Notes under the pieces: model-generated
Told to the model about the DNA's origin: nothing
The model's input: only the letters and a program-made list of their open reading frames with translations
Database searches by the model: none
Part shown: positions 47,881 to 62,836 of the stretch, piece by piece
Layout of the letters: the number at the start of each line of letters is the position of its first letter
Position numbering within the stretch: the stretch's first letter is position 1
Source: Malacoraja senta
Taxonomy: Eukaryota
Assembly: GCA_038087875.1 (NCBI GenBank)
Contig: JAXLNO010000217.1
Location: 1-64,000, forward strand
Direction: 5' to 3'
Length of the DNA stretch: 64,000 nt
Position numbers and translations under genes: made by a program

Positions 47881-50800
47881 GCCGCCCCTTTAGGGTGGAA
47901 ACATCCTGGTCCTTGCTGCATTTTCAAGCATTGGAAGCTTCTTTTTCCCTGTGTCCTTGTTTTCATCAACATGTGTCAGCTCCCACTTTGGATTCATGCC
48001 CATAATTTCTATTTTCTGATGTATTCCCCTTTGTTAAGATTCAATGATAGCATTTAAGAGGCTTTCAGCTAGGAACATGGACATGCAGGGAATGGGGGGT
48101 TATGGATCACGTGCAAGCAGAGACAATTAGATTAACCTGGCATCATGTTCAGCGCAGACATTGTGGGCCGAAGGGCCTGATCCTGTACTTTACCATTCTA
48201 TGTTTTATGTACTTCCACCACTTAAGGACATAGACAGCCCTTGCTGGTGAAGCATCAATTCACTGGTAGTTTGTCCAATGGAGTGCTTTATATACAATGT
48301 TGACATTGTGATCTCCTCTCTATCTGAGAAAGTCAACGCAGATTGGATCACCACTTTGCAGATCACCTCCATAAAATCTGCCATCATGACCCGCAGTTTC
48401 CAGCTGCCTCTCACTTGAATTCTCCATTCCTCTCCCACTTTGATCTGCCTGTCCTTGTTGTTTGGCAAGAATACCGAGTGTAAGCTCAATAAACAGTCCC
48501 TCATCTTCATCCCAAATGTGATGTAGTCAATATTGACTTCAATAATTCAAGGTAGTCAGCTTTTCCAACCTGTGCTAGAACTCATAACTTCTGATGCAAC
48601 ACAAGCCTCGTGACATTAATTTCAATTTAGACTTTAGATTTTAGAGATGCAGTGTTGAAACAGGTTCTATGGCCAAACGGGTCAGCGCCGACCAGCAATC
48701 TCCCCTTACACTAACACTATCCTACACACTGGGTATAATTACAATTTAATCATAGCCAATTAACCTACAAACCTGTATGTCTTTGGAGTGTGCAAGGAAA
48801 CCTGAGCACCCAGACAAAACCCCGTGGTCACAGGGAGTGCTTACAAACTCCGTACAGACAGCACCGTAGTCAGGATCAAACCTGGGTCTCTGACACTGTA
48901 AGGCAGCAACTCTACCGCTACACCACCGTGTGGAACCTTATCTTTCTCTCAGTTCTTTCTCTCCACAGATGCTACCTGAACTGTTGAGTGATCTTGCCGT
49001 CCTCCTTTGATTCAGATTTCCAACATCTGTCGTGTTCGGACTCTCATGGTTCCATCATGTTCTTTTATTTTGTTTTAACTCCATCTCCGCCAGCTCTTAT
49101 TCATCTTTTAACTGACAGCACCAAAGATATTGTGGTAGTCGGACAACCTTAGGTCTCCATCCTAGAAACATATACAATTCTTAAGGGATTGGACAGGCTA
49201 GATGCAGGAACATTTTTTCTGATGTTGGGGGAGTCCAGAACCAGGGGTCACAGTTTAAGAATAAAGGGTATTCCATTTAGTACTGAGATGAGGAAAAACT
49301 TTGTTACCCAGAGAATTGTGAATCTGTGGAATTTTCTGCCACAGGAGGCAGTGGAGGCTAATTCACTGGATGTTTTCAAGAGAGAGTTAGATTTAACACT
49401 TAGGGCTAACAGAATCAAGGAATATGGGGAAAAAACAGAACGGGGTACTGATTTTGAATGATCAGCCATTATCATATTGAATGGCAGTGCTGGCTCAAAG
49501 AGCTGAATGGCCCACTCCTGCACCTATTTTCTATGTTTCTAAAACAGACATTCGCTATGTTCTCTCCACCCTTTCAGAGATGCTCCTTTTGATCACTATC
49601 ACAGGCTATCACTATCACTATCACTTTGTTCTCAACATCCTATCAGATGTTCCCTTTGTTCTCTCCACACTCTCTCCATTTCCTGCTTCTCTTTTTAAAT
49701 CTTCTTTACTTTTCATGAAGAGTCATTGACCTGAAGCATTGACTCTGTTTCTCTTTTCACACGTGCTGCTTGAGCTTCTGAGAGGTTGGTACATTTCATT
49801 TTGAACCCTTTCCACCCTTCCCAAGTTGTTCCTGGTGTAGCTATGTACTGTGCCAGTTATCAATGTTTCTCTCCACACTTTGCCTTAAAAGGTCCAATCA
49901 TTTGTGAACAAGGAGAAGTCAAGAGTGTTTAATTCTCATATGTGCCGTGACCGGCAATCAAATTACTACTTGCTGCAGATATATATAGGTCCATTAAATG
50001 CCATAACAAAACAAACACATATACAATAAGTTATCAGTAATTCTAGGTAAACTAGACAATGATAAGCAAGCCAAGGCACATAGTGCAACCTTCGTAGTGA
50101 AAAGACCCTAGTATTTAGTGCTGAGATAGAGTCGTGGTTAGGTTGTGCAGGATGATTCACAAGCCTGAGGGTTGATGATAAGAAGCTGTTCTTGAACCTG
50201 GAGATAATAGTTCTCAGGCTCCTGCACTATCTTCCTAATGGTAACAGTGAGACGAGAGCATGGCCAGATGTTGTGGGTCTTTGAAAACATTAGCTGCCTT
50301 TTTGATGCAGCGCCTCTTATAGATTCCACCAAAGGGCTTGGCAATATCCACCACTTTCTGCAGCCTCCTTTGTTCTTGGGCATCCAAATTACCATTACAG
50401 GCCATGATGTAACCAATTGGTAAGGTTGCTACCATGCACTTGCAATACTCAGAATATGTCCAGGAATTATAATTGTTTATTCATAGAACATAGAAACAGA
50501 GGAGTCCTGCCCAGGAGCAGGGCTCTTTGGCTGACAATGTCTTTGCTGAACATGATGCCAAGACCAACTGCACATAAACCATATCCCCAATTCGTTGCAT
50601 ATCCATGAGCTTAGCCAAATGTCTCTTAAATGCCGCTATCATATCTGCCTACAGTACCACTTCTGGCAGGGTGCTCCAAGCACTCACCACCCTCTGTGTA
50701 AAATACTTGCCCTAGAGCTATTCCCTCTATTAATAGATATTTCTATCCTGGGAAAAAGGATCTGACTGATTACGCTAACTATGCCTCTCATAATCTATTG

Positions 50801-53800
50801 TACTTCCTATCAGATCTCCCCTCAACCTCTGGCATTCTAGAGAAAACAATCCTTCTGTCCAACTAATCCTCCTGTAACTAATCCAACCATTATGATGTAA
50901 CATTGAAGCCAAACTAAGATATAAAGTAAAGATCAATGTCAAATCTAAAAATAAGTCATGGTGGCATTAGAATGCTTTAAAATATATCTCTAAAATTTAT
51001 TTATTTATGTTGGCTAAATATTAACAGTGACTGCAATCAATGAAGGAATGTTTCTGAGAAATGATTTAAGTACTAGTTTAATTCCTCATTCACCAGTTTA
51101 AAGCTGGCATCTTAATATCCATTCATTTTTATTCCAAACACGAACTTGCAAATATTTTTCTCTGGGGATGTTTCCTATGTATGTGGGCCATAAATAATTT
51201 CAGAAAATATTACTTAGGCACCAAACATTGGACTTGCTGAGTTTCCTTGTGAATAAATAAGATGAAACATCGCAGTCTCTTTACCTGTATGCACACTGCA
51301 AGTGCATAGACTAAAGATTTTGAGGGATATGGGCCAAATACAGATGGCTGGGACTTGCCTAGATGGGGCATTTTGCTCAGCATGGGCAAATTGGGTTGAA
51401 TGGCTTGTTTCTGCTGGGGGGGGGAGGGGAGTGGGGGTACATAAAGTTGACGAGATCATTTATTTTTTTAAACAAACTGGGACAATGCTTGCATGCAGAA
51501 TTTACATGTGCCTAATTTTTCCACCACCAATTCCTGGAAATGTTATGAGGCCAATTGCATTTTCATTTTAGTTTATGGAGATACAGCATGGAACGGGCTC
51601 TTCTGTCCACCAAGTCCATGCTGACCTGTTCACACTAATTCTATCTTATCCCTCTTCCGCATGCACTCCCTACGCACCACTGGTAATTTACAGAGGCCAA
51701 TTAAACTACAAATCCACACAGTTTTGAAATGAGGCGGAAAGCGGAGCACACCGTGGAGTTTAAATGTTCACTGTGACCATGTGCGTCTTCTCCAAATGCC
51801 ACGGTTTCATCCCACAGACATGCGAGTTTGTAGGATAATTGGTCTTGGTAAATAACTCCCAGTGTCTAGGGAGTGGATGCAAAAGTGGGACAACATAGAA
51901 CTAATGGTCAGCTTGGACGGTGGGCCGAAGGGCCTGCTCCCATGCTGGATCTTTCCATCTTTCCTCCCTCATCCCAAAGCCCTGCAGCTCCATAGGTTAA
52001 TTGGTCTGTAAATTACCCCTAATGTGTGTAGGGAGTGTGTAGAACTAGTGTGTGAATGGGTGATCGATGGTCAGTGTGGGCGTGGTGGACTGAAGGACCT
52101 GTTTCCATGCTATATTCTCTAAACTAAACTAAAAATAGCATCTATTGATGGGAAAATTCAATAACCAGCATCATTTTTTTCTGTGGTTGTGTGAAGACCC
52201 ATAGTTCCCTGAAAGTCACAAGTCCAAATGGAAAAGGTGATGAAGAAGGCATGCAGCGTGCTTCAATTCTTTGGTTTGTATGTTCATAAAAAAGTTACGT
52301 TAGGCCCCATTTGGAATATTGTGTGTTGTTGTGGTTGCCACATTTCAGGGTGGATATTTTACATTGAAAGGGGCAGGTCCTTCCAGAATTCATTAGAAGT
52401 ATTGGAAGCAGATACAATACTAACATTTAAGAAGTATTTAGACGAATACATGACAGGTAATGAAAAGATGTGTAGGAAGGAACTGCAGATGCTGGTTTTA
52501 ACCAAAGATACTCAAAAAGCTGGAGTAACTCAGCGGGACAGGCAGCATCTCTGGAGAAAAGGAACAGGTGACGTTTCAGGTCGAGACTCTGAAGAAGAGT
52601 CATAGCAGATTACACACAAACACAGCAGGATATTACCAGACAAACAATAGCTTGTTCTATCAAATACGACTGACATATTTTCAATCCCAGAAAATTGTGA
52701 ACCTTCAAAGTGGAAAGAATTGGGTGAGTGTTAGCTGCTCAGAAAAAAAATAAAAGTCAGCATAAATAATTCATTGGCACTCTGATATGATAGGAGTCTC
52801 AAGATTTTTAAGAGGCGCAGGATGGGAAGTTCAACCGTGCCCAGAACTAATAAAAAACAGTGCAATCGTCTCTGCGAGTCTGTGCCTGAGTCTGATTTGC
52901 TTTTCAATCACCCTCAAAAGCAGCTGGAAGGCTATGGGTTTCAAATAGGTACAGCTCTGAAGCTTGCTACTCAGGGAGGTGGGAAATTAGGAAACTCTTG
53001 CACCAGAGGGGTGATTAATCTTTTCAGTGTAAGTTGTCACTGGGTCCTGGCAACTGAGAAAGTGACCAGCTTTTCCTGCTGTTAGATCACTGAAAAATAT
53101 ATTGTATGGGCTTCTTCCACTTGTTCCACATATTTGGTTCTCTCACTGTACGTTTCTGGTAATGGAGCAGTTGCATAATCTGTCGGCCCCACGTCACCAA
53201 TCGCTTAAAGGACTGCACTTGTTAGCTGCAGAATTCTTACCTTCATATATAGAGCCATATAATCATACAGCACAGAAACAGGCCCTTTGGGCTAGCATGT
53301 CCGTGTTGGATGAGATAAGTTAGTCCCATTTGCCTGTGTTTGGCTCATTTTCCAGGATGGCGGGACTGTCATATGCTGAGAGAATGGAACGGCTGTTGGG
53401 GGAGTCCAGAACCAGGGGCCACAGTTTAACAATAAGGGGTAAGCCATTTAGAACAGAGATGAGGAAAAACTTTTTCTCACAGAGAGTGGTGAGTCTGTGG
53501 AATTCTCTGCCTCAGAGGGCGGTGGAGGACGGTTCTCTGGATACTTTCAAGAGAGAGCTAGATAGGACTCTTAAAGATAGTGGAGTCAGGGGATATGGGG
53601 AGAAGGCAGGAAAGGGTACTGATTGGGGATGATCAGCCATGATCACTTTGAATGGCGGTGCTGGCTCGAAGGGCCAAATGGCCTACTCCTGCACCTATTG
53701 TCTATTGTCTGTTGTCTATTTCCCTCCAAAGCTTTCCTATCCACGTACCTGTCCAAGTGTCTTTTTTTAATATTGTTGTAGTACTTCCCTCAACTACTAT

Positions 53801-56800
53801 AGCTCCCTCAACAGTGTATAGCTCATTTTATATATCCACCAGCCTCTGTATGAAAATTTGCCCCCTCCGGCTCCTATTAAATCGTTCCCCTCTCACCTGA
53901 ACACTTTCGTTTGTAATTCCTCTATGGGGGAAAAAGACACTGCATTCATCGTCCATTCCTTCATGATCTAATCCACCTCTAAAATATCACCCTCAGCCTC
54001 CTGCACTCCAAGGAATAAAGTGCAAGCCTACGTAACTTCTTCTCGCTTTAGCTCCGAGCCTCGAGTGGTCCTGGAAATATCCTCATGACTCAGCATTCCT
54101 GTTGTTCAATTTACCATCAACCTTCAGAAAACAGCATTTCCTGGTCTTCTAATTACAGATTCATGAATATGTGCACAGTATGCAAATGAAACAGCTACAA
54201 CGTGCCAGTTCAGTCCACCCACAACCACAAAAAATGATCAGATTGAAGTCAAATGATTCCTGAAGTGTTTGTTGTTGTATAATTCGACAAAACACAAAGT
54301 GCAGCAGTAAGTCAGTGGGTCAGACAGCAACTGTGGAAGCCATGCAAAGATGACTTGACGGGCCAGGACCAGTCTGAAGTAGGGTTCCGACTCAAACTGT
54401 TGCCTATCTATGTCCCCCACAGATGCTGCCTGACCCACTGAGTTCCTCCAGCACTTTTTCTTTCACTCAAGATTCCAGTACCTGCAGTTCCTTGTGTCTC
54501 CTTTTTATTTTTATTTGAGGTTTGTTTACGATTTCATTACTATTGTAATTAAAACTGTCTAAAGAAAGTCGGTCCAGTCTCATTCTACCAATCTGAAGAA
54601 GAGTCCTGACCCTAAACATCACCCCCTATACCTACCAACACCCGCCATTCACCCATCCCTGAAGTCTCTGTTACCTATAGCCATCCATCCCCCCACAGTG
54701 CTGTTACCTCTCCACTCACATATTGTCTTTATCCACAACATCACCCATCCCCGACATCTTCGGTAGCTCTGCAATTTCGCACCCCCATTATGAACCCCAC
54801 TCACTGATCACCCATCCCTCACAATTCTGTTACCCCCTCCTCCCACACACTCTTTATAGGCACCACACTCCCACCATCAACCACAGTGCTACTGCCCCCT
54901 CCACCCACACACCCTCTTTACCCACACACATCCACCCATTTCCAAATGTCTTTGTTACCACTAACCCCACAGCCCCCATTCTGAATCCATTACCAATACA
55001 CTAGCACCTGACTAGCTCTATACCTTTGAACAGGTACATTGATAGGAAAGGTTAAGAAGGATATGGACCAAACGTGGGCAGGTGGGAATAGCGTAGGTGA
55101 GGCATCTTGGTTGTGATGGTCAAGTTGGGCCGAAGGGCCTGTTTATGTGCTGAATGATTCCATGACTATGACCTGATGTTTTGAGGCTTGCACTTTCTTG
55201 AATTCTAAGCACTGGGTCTCTAATGATTTAACATGGTTCTGCAGGGCACTAACAGACTTTAGACTTTGGGGTCAGAAATACTCAAGTGCTAAACAGTAGC
55301 AAGTGTTTAGACCCTTCCTCTCTATTCATTGAAATTAACACCCTTGGAACAGCTGGCTTAAAGTGCTTGTTCAATATGTGCAGATTCTCATAAGATGCCT
55401 GCTGTGTGGTGAGGAACTCACTTGTAAGAAAAAGTACTGTAGATGCTTATCGTGAATCTCTTCGAGGAACAGCTGAGTGCTACAAAATGGCATGTACCCA
55501 CATTGCCATATCCCTGTCGCAAATGCTAACAGCAATTTTCATGCACGTCGATTTTGAACTTTCCTGGTTCTTGCAAATTTCTCACAAACAATTGTTCCTG
55601 TAAAAATATTGCATCGCTAATACATCGCGTTTTTGGGGATGTACTCATTCTCTCTGGGTACATATGCAGTATATCGTCTTCTAAATAAACCAAGGATGGC
55701 TTCAGTTTGAGAATGATCCTGACACAAACCGTCACCTATCCATGTCCTCCAAAGATGCTGCCTGACCCGCTTATTACTCCAATACTTTGTGTTCTAAGCA
55801 AGATTCTAGTATCTGCATGGATACATTTAGTCAACCACAACATAAGCACAGAGCACTAAGGCACCAATCACCCATCATTGTGTGCAATGGTTCAAGTGAC
55901 TGCTTATGGATTCTTCTTCAAATGGATGTCAATTATATCAGAGGTAGTGAATAGTAATGTAGGGTGGGCAGATATTCTAATTGATGAAATTACACACAGT
56001 TTACAGGAGAAAGAGAGGCCATTCAGCCAACCAGCATGCACAAAGATACTAGAAATTGCGGAAGAGACAATATTCAGAGCAGGTCTGCAGAGGTCTTTTG
56101 GAAACACGAATGACTAAGTATCAGCCATTAATAAGCTGGATGGGCAGTATCGATATTTTCTGCTTCATTTTTCAACTATATCCATTGAGCTTGATATATA
56201 TTTAAAGTGAATGTGGGAGTGTTGATTTGTCAATATTATTGTTTGTTTTTTAGTCCGTATTTCCCGGCAATGAAGATGCTATTTTTTACCCAAAAATAAG
56301 GCACGAAAATTTACCTGTGTCTTGGAGGCCGAAGGCTAGGTTGTTAGGCAAGAAAGATAGACGTGGCTATCCCTCATAACTAAGTCTATCCCTCATTGCT
56401 GGCAGCTAATCGTGGGGTTTGAATCAGCCTGTCACAGGGCTTTTCATCGCCCGGCGCGGCTTAATCGGCCACGGGACCTACCATCGCCCGCCGGGGGCTT
56501 TAACATCAAGAGACTCGATCACCTCGACGCAGCAGTTTGACAGCCTGACCGTGGGAGAAGAACAGGGAAGAGATAAGACTTTTGCCTTCCATCACAGTGA
56601 GGAGGTGTTTGGAGATTCACGGTGATGGATGTTTGTGTGAAACTGTGTTAATTGTGTGGTTTTTTTTTGCTGTTATGACTGCAGGGAACGAAATTCCGTT
56701 CAAACTTTTGTTTGTTTGAATGACAATAAAAGTCATTCTATTCCATTCTATTCTAAAAGGACAGCGCCGTTGAGGGGGGGGGGTTCCTTTCACAGCGTGT

Positions 56801-56881
56801 GGGGAGTCTGGCTAGGGGTAATGTTGCGGGGAGGGCAGGAGCGTTGAGAAGGAGGGGGTCGGGGATCATGCCAGTAACTCA

Positions 56882-59232
56882 AGGGCCTGTCCCACTTAGG
56901 CGACTTTTTAGGTGAGTGCAGGAGACTCTGCGCTCGCCTCATGGTCGCCATGATCATGTCGTAGGTAGTTTTAGCTAATCGCCTTTGCATTTTCATTGGC
57001 TCATTGGGGGGAAAAAAACGTAAGCACGAGTTTTCAGAACCAAGGATAAACGACCGGTAATGTTAAATGTCCGCCAAACTTCACAGCTGTGTATCTCTGG
57101 CTTATCAAAAGTTGTCTGGCTTCTTAAAAGTTTCTCCACTCGCAATAAAAATGATTTTCGTACCACAAATTTTATACCTATTTCAATCAATTCCTATATA
57201 CCTACCAAAGAAGTTTAAAAAAAAAACTGGATTCAGACATTACGAATATTATATGGGACTATAAATCACATAGAATACAAAGAACACACTTGAACAAAGC
57301 TAAAGTATTAGGGGGCTTAGCACTCCCTAATTTCATGTATTACTATTGGTCAGTAAATATTAAAAATATGATTCAACTGATGGACAACTCTGCCCAGCAA
57401 GTGGACTGGATTGTAATGGAGAGAGAGGACTGCTCCTCTGGAAACATTGGAGCGATCCTTCTCTCACCAATGAAACTGAATAACATAAATTATAACAAAA
57501 ACCCAATTATACATAGCACAATTAGAACTTGGAAACAAATAAAACAAAATTTAAAATTAAGAAATTTATCACTTTATCTCCCATAATAAATAACCCTTCA
57601 TTCAATCCCTCTATTACAGACAAATCTTTCATACAATGGGATAGACTAGGAATTAAAACGTTCGGTGACTTGTACGAAACTGGAAAATTACTATCATTCC
57701 ATCAACTACAAATAAAATATAAACTCGGAAATAATCAATATTTTAAATATTTTCAAATATGCAACTATTTGAAAAAATATACAAAAGATCATCATAATAC
57801 CTCAACAGGTGTATTGGATGAAGCAATGCAGATAAAAGCTGAATCAGCAAACTTAATATCATATTTGTATCATATTATTTTAAATGTAGAAATACCATCT
57901 ACGGAAGGTATTAGAAGAGACTGGGAACAAGAATTAGCTATTAAAATTCAAAGGAAAGGTGGAATGAATATTTATTAAACGTGCATAAATGTTCGATTAA
58001 TGTAAGACACACTTTAATACAATTTAAAATTTTACATAGATTATACTATTCTAAAACTAAAATCAATAAAATATTCCCAAATGTATCATCAATTTGTGAT
58101 AAATGTCAATCTCAAGAAGCTACTATAGCACACTCATTTGTTTTCTGTACAAAAATTCAAAAATTTTGGATTGAAATTTTTGAAATTTTTACAAAATTAT
58201 TTAAAATTAAATTGATACCCAAAGCAGAATGGATTATCTTCGGAACAACGGAAGATAGTCCAGAACTAAATGTGTTCCAAAATAAATTAATAGACTATGG
58301 GTTAATAACTGGAAAAAAGTTAATCCTAAAAATCTGGAAAAACGCTCCAATACCAACTATAAACATGTGGATTTCAAATATGTTCGAAACATTACACCTA
58401 GAAGAGATAAGACTCCTCCTGGCAGGTAAACCAGATCATTTCCACCTGACGTGGTCTGCATTTATAGAATTATTACAAGTATAGGGTGCAAAAGTACTAA
58501 AAAAAAACTGAGGTCAGGTAAGGGGGGATGAAAGCTGGAGAGTTGGTATGTCCCATTTGCGTGATGCTTACAAAAAAAATATCTGTTTTTCTCTTTTCCC
58601 TCTTTCTCTTTTTTCTTCTTTTTTAGGGTCTATTTCTTAACTCTTTCCTTTTGTGTTTAATTTCTTTCTTATAGGGTCTTTGTATTTTTTTTTTTTTTTG
58701 TGTCACGTTCTTTACACCTTCATTTTTTCCTTCACTTTCTTCTTTTTCTCAATCTTATCCTTTCCCTTTATTAGTGTAGAAAATAAACGGAGTACATTAA
58801 TTGTAATAAGATATATGTGATGAGTACTAGTGTAATTGGTTGTAATGTAATGTACTTCTAATAAATAAAATAAAAAAATAAAAAAATAAAAAAAGTTTCT
58901 CCACTCCATCTCCCCCTTCTCCCCCATTCTCCCCCCATTCTCCCCCCATCTCCCCTCCCCCCTTCTCCCCTCCCCCTTTTAAAGGACTTACTGTACACTG
59001 TGCTAGACATCTTAACCTTCCTGTTCATCGCAGTGTGTGTCTGTGCATCGTGTGAATTTCAGACAGCGCTCCCCCGCTTTCCATGGCCCGCGCCTTTGTG
59101 ATGTGTTTGTGTGTGTGTGTGTGTGTTCCACTCTGACAGTCGCCGTCCCAGTTCACATTTTTTCAGGCGACTGCCGGGAACTTGACAGTCGCCAGCAGTC
59201 TGCTGAAAAATCGCCTAAGTGGGACAGGCCCT
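56882..59232. mobile_element. Harbinger-like MITE interrupted by L1
   Basis: TIRs agggcctgtcccacttaggcga ... tcgcctaagtgggacaggccct; flanks TCA/TGA (TNA-like). Confidence 0.75.
57142..58890 (+). mobile_element. 5'-truncated L1 LINE
   Basis: GGLALPNFMYYYW, IQFKILHRLYYS, CDKCQ..ATIAHSFVFC. AATAAA + A-rich tail. 16-bp TSD aaaagtttctccactc (57126-57141 / 58891-58906) at a TT|AAAA site. Confidence 0.92.
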
Positions 59233-59237
59233 TGAAG

Positions 59238-62200
59238 CAGGGGTGCGCTGTCTGAAATTCATGGTGCAAAGCAAAGGCGATACAGACACACACCGCGATG
59301 AACAGGAAGGTTAAGACGGCTAGCACAGTGTACAGTAAGTCCTTTAAAAGATGGGGGAGAAGTGGGGAGAGAAGGAGTGGAGACACTTTTAAGAAGCCAG
59401 ACAACTTTTAATAAGCCAGAGATACACAGCTGTGAAGTTCGGCGGACATTTAGCATTACCGGTCGGTTATCCTTGCTTCTGAAAACTCGTGCTTACGTTT
59501 TGTCCCCCAATGAGCCAATGAAAATGCCCGGTCAGCAAAGGCGATTAACCAAAACTACATACGACTACCTCGGCTACCCATAACTTCATGGCGACCCCAC
59601 TACAACTGCACCTATGACTACAGGATTATCGATTTTCTCCATGGCGACCGGGTTTAAAAATTTGCGGCGACCATACTGAGGGCACGACTAGTTTCTAGAA
59701 TGCAGGAACTCCTCGCGACCATGAAGAAGACTCACCAGAGACCACCAGCGAACATGTGGTGACTATGTGGCGATCATGTGGTGTAAAATGAGGGTAGAAG
59801 CAATAGGTAGCAAGGTGAAAAGTAAAAGTGGCAGGCAGACAAAACCAGGGCAAAAATCAAAAAGGGCAACTTTTCAACATAATTGTATAAGGGGTAAGAG
59901 TGTTGTAAAAACAAGCCTGAAGGCTTTGTGTCTCAATGCAAGGAGCATTCGTAATAAGGTGGATGAGTTGAATGTGCAGATAGCTATTAATGACTATGAT
60001 ATAGTTGGGATCACGGAGACATGGCTCCAGGGTGACCAAGGCTGGGAGCTGAACATCCAGGGATAATCAATATTCAGGAGCAATAGAGAGAAAGGAAAAG
60101 GAGGTGGGGTAGCGTTGCTGATTAGAGAGGAGATTAATGCAATGGAAAGGAAAGACATTAGTTTCGAGGATGTAGAATCGGTATGGGTAGAACTGCGAAA
60201 CACTAAGGGGCAGAAAACGCTGGTGGGTGTTGTGTACAGGCCACCTAACAGTAGTAGTGAAGTTGGAGATGGTATCAAACAGGAAATTAGAAATGCGTGC
60301 GACAAAGGCAAAACAGTTATAATGGGTGACTTCAATCTACATATAGATTGGGTGAATCAAATTGGCAGGGGTGCTGAGGAAGAGGATTTCTTGGAATGTA
60401 TGCGGGATAGTTATCTAAATCAACATGTAGAGGAACCAACGAGAGAGCAGGCTATTTTAGACTAGGTATTGAGTAATGAGGAAGGGTTAGTTAGCAGTCT
60501 TGTTGTACGTGCCCCCTTGGGCAAGAGTGACCATAATATGGTTGAGTTCTTCATTAGGATGGAGAGTGACATTGTTAATTCAGAAACAATGGTTCTGAAC
60601 TTAATGAAAGGTAACTTTGAGGGTATGAGACGTGAATTGGCCAAGATTGACTGGCAATTAATTCTAAAAGGGTTGACGGTGGATATGCAATGGAAGACAT
60701 TTAAAGACTGCATGGATGAACTACAAAAATTGTTCATCCCAGTTTGGCAAAAGAATAAATCAGGGAAGGTAGTGCATCCATGGATAACATGGGAAATCAG
60801 GGATGGTATCAAAGCGAAGGATGATGCGTACAAATTAGCCAGTAAAAGCGGCATACCGGAGGACTGGGAGAAATTCAGAGACCAGCAGAGGAGGACAAAG
60901 GGCTTAATTAGGAAAGGAAAAATAGATTATGAAAGAAAACTGGCAGGGAACATAAAAACTGACTGCAAACGTTTTTATAGATTTGTGAAAAGAAAGAGAT
61001 TAGTTAAAACAAATGTAGGTCCCTTGCAGTCAGAAACAGGTGAGTTGATCATGGGGAACAAGGATATGGCAGACCAATTGAATAACTACTTTGGTTCCGT
61101 CTTCACTAAGGAAGATATAAATAATCTGCCGGAATTGAGTGAAATCCAGGTTAGTCAGGAAGTGGTGTTGGGTAAATTGAATGGATTAAAGGCCGATAAA
61201 TCCCCAGGGCCAGATAGGCTGCATCCCAGAGTACTTAAGGAAGTAGCTCCAGAAATAGTGGATGCATTAGTGATAATCTTTCAAAATTCTTTAGATTCTG
61301 GAGTAGTTCCTGAGGATTGGCGGGTAGCAAACGTAACCCCACTTTTCAAGAAGGGAGGGAGAGAGAAAACGGGGAATTACAGACCAGTTAGTCTAACATC
61401 GGTAGTGGGGAAACTGCTAGAGTCACTTATTAAAGATGGGATAGCAGCACATTTGGAAAGCGGTGAAATCATTGGACAAAGTCAGCATGGATTTACGAAA
61501 GGTAAATCATGTCTGACGAATCTTATAGAATTTTTCGAGGATGTAACTAGTAGCGTGGATAGGGGAGAACCAGTGGATGTGGTGTATCTGGACTTCCAGA
61601 AGGCTTTCAACAAGGTCCCACATAAGAGATTAGTATACAAACTTAAAGCACATGGCATTGGGGGTTCAGTATTGATGTGGATAGAGAACTGGCTGGCAAA
61701 CAGGAAGCAAAGAGTAGGAGTAAACGGGTCCTTTTCACAATGGCAGGCAGTGACTAGTGGGGTACCGCAAGGCTCAGTGCTGGGAACCCAGCTATTTACA
61801 ATATATATTAATGAAGTGGATGAGGGAATTGAAGGCAATATCTCCAAGTTTGCAGATGACACTAAGCTGGGGGGCAGTGTTAGCTGTGAGGAGGATGCTA
61901 GGAGACTGCAAGGTGACTTGGATAGGCTGGGTGAGTGGGCAAATGTTTGGCAGATGCAGTATAATGTGGATAAATATGAGGTTATCCATTTTGGTGGCAA
62001 AAACAGGAAAGCAGACTATTATCTTAATGGTGGGCGACTAGGAAAAGGGGAGATGCAGCGAGACCTGGGTGTCATGGTACACCAGTCATTGAAAGTAGGC
62101 ATGCAGGTGCAGCAGGCAGTGAAGAAAGCGAATGGTATGTTGGCCTTCATAGCAAGAGGATTTGAGCATAGGAGCAGGGAGGTTCTACTGCAGTTGTACA

Positions 62201-62836
62201 GGGTCTTGGTGAGACCACACCTGGAGTATTGCGTACAGTTGTGGTCTCCAAATCTGAGGAAGGACATTATTGCCATTATTGAGAAGGTTCACCAGACTGA
62301 TTCCTGGGATGTCAGGACTGTCTTATGAAGAAAGACTGGATAGACTTGGTTTATACTCTCTAGAATTTAGGAGATTGAGAGGGGATCTTATAGAAACTTA
62401 CAAAATTCTTAAGGGGTTGGACAGGCTAGATGCAGGAAGATTGCTCCCGATGTTGGGGAAGTCCAGGACAAGGGGTCACAGCTTAAGGATAAGGGGGAAA
62501 TCCTTTAAAACCGAGATGAGAAGAACTTTTTTCACACAGAGAGTGGGGAATCTCTGGAACTCTCTGCCACAGAGGGTAGTCGAGGCCAGTTCATTGGCTA
62601 TATTTAAGAGGGAGTTAGATGTGGCCCTTGTGGCTAAAGGGATCAGAGGGTATGGAGAGAAGGCAGGTACGGGATACTGAGTTGGATGATCAGCCATGAT
62701 CATATTGAATGGCGGTGCAGGCTCGAAGGGCCGAATGGCCTACTCCTGCACCTAATTTCTATGTTTCTATGTTTCTATGTGGCGAGCACAGAGTCTCCTG
62801 CACTCGCCTCAAAATTTGCCTAAGTGGGACAGGCCA
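59238..62836. mobile_element. Second, inverted and one-end-truncated Harbinger-like MITE interrupted by CR1
   Basis: 59238-59580 is reverse-complementary to 58975-59075 and 56950-57140; terminus cctaagtgggacaggcc at ~62819-62836. Confidence 0.7.
59784..62776 (+). mobile_element. CR1 LINE, same family as 40583-43453, ORF2 with two stops and a late frameshift
   Basis: LNARSIRNK, GITETW, GDFN, SDH, 619-aa RT ORF; (ATGTTTCT)n tail; approximate TSD atgtgg(t/c)g. Inserted in a Harbinger-like MITE. Confidence 0.95.

Noticed and set aside
55422..55597. Exon-like segment on the minus strand (tttacag ... gtgagt)
   Set aside because: Stops in all three frames and no recognisable domain; it could be a non-coding exon, but nothing supports that.
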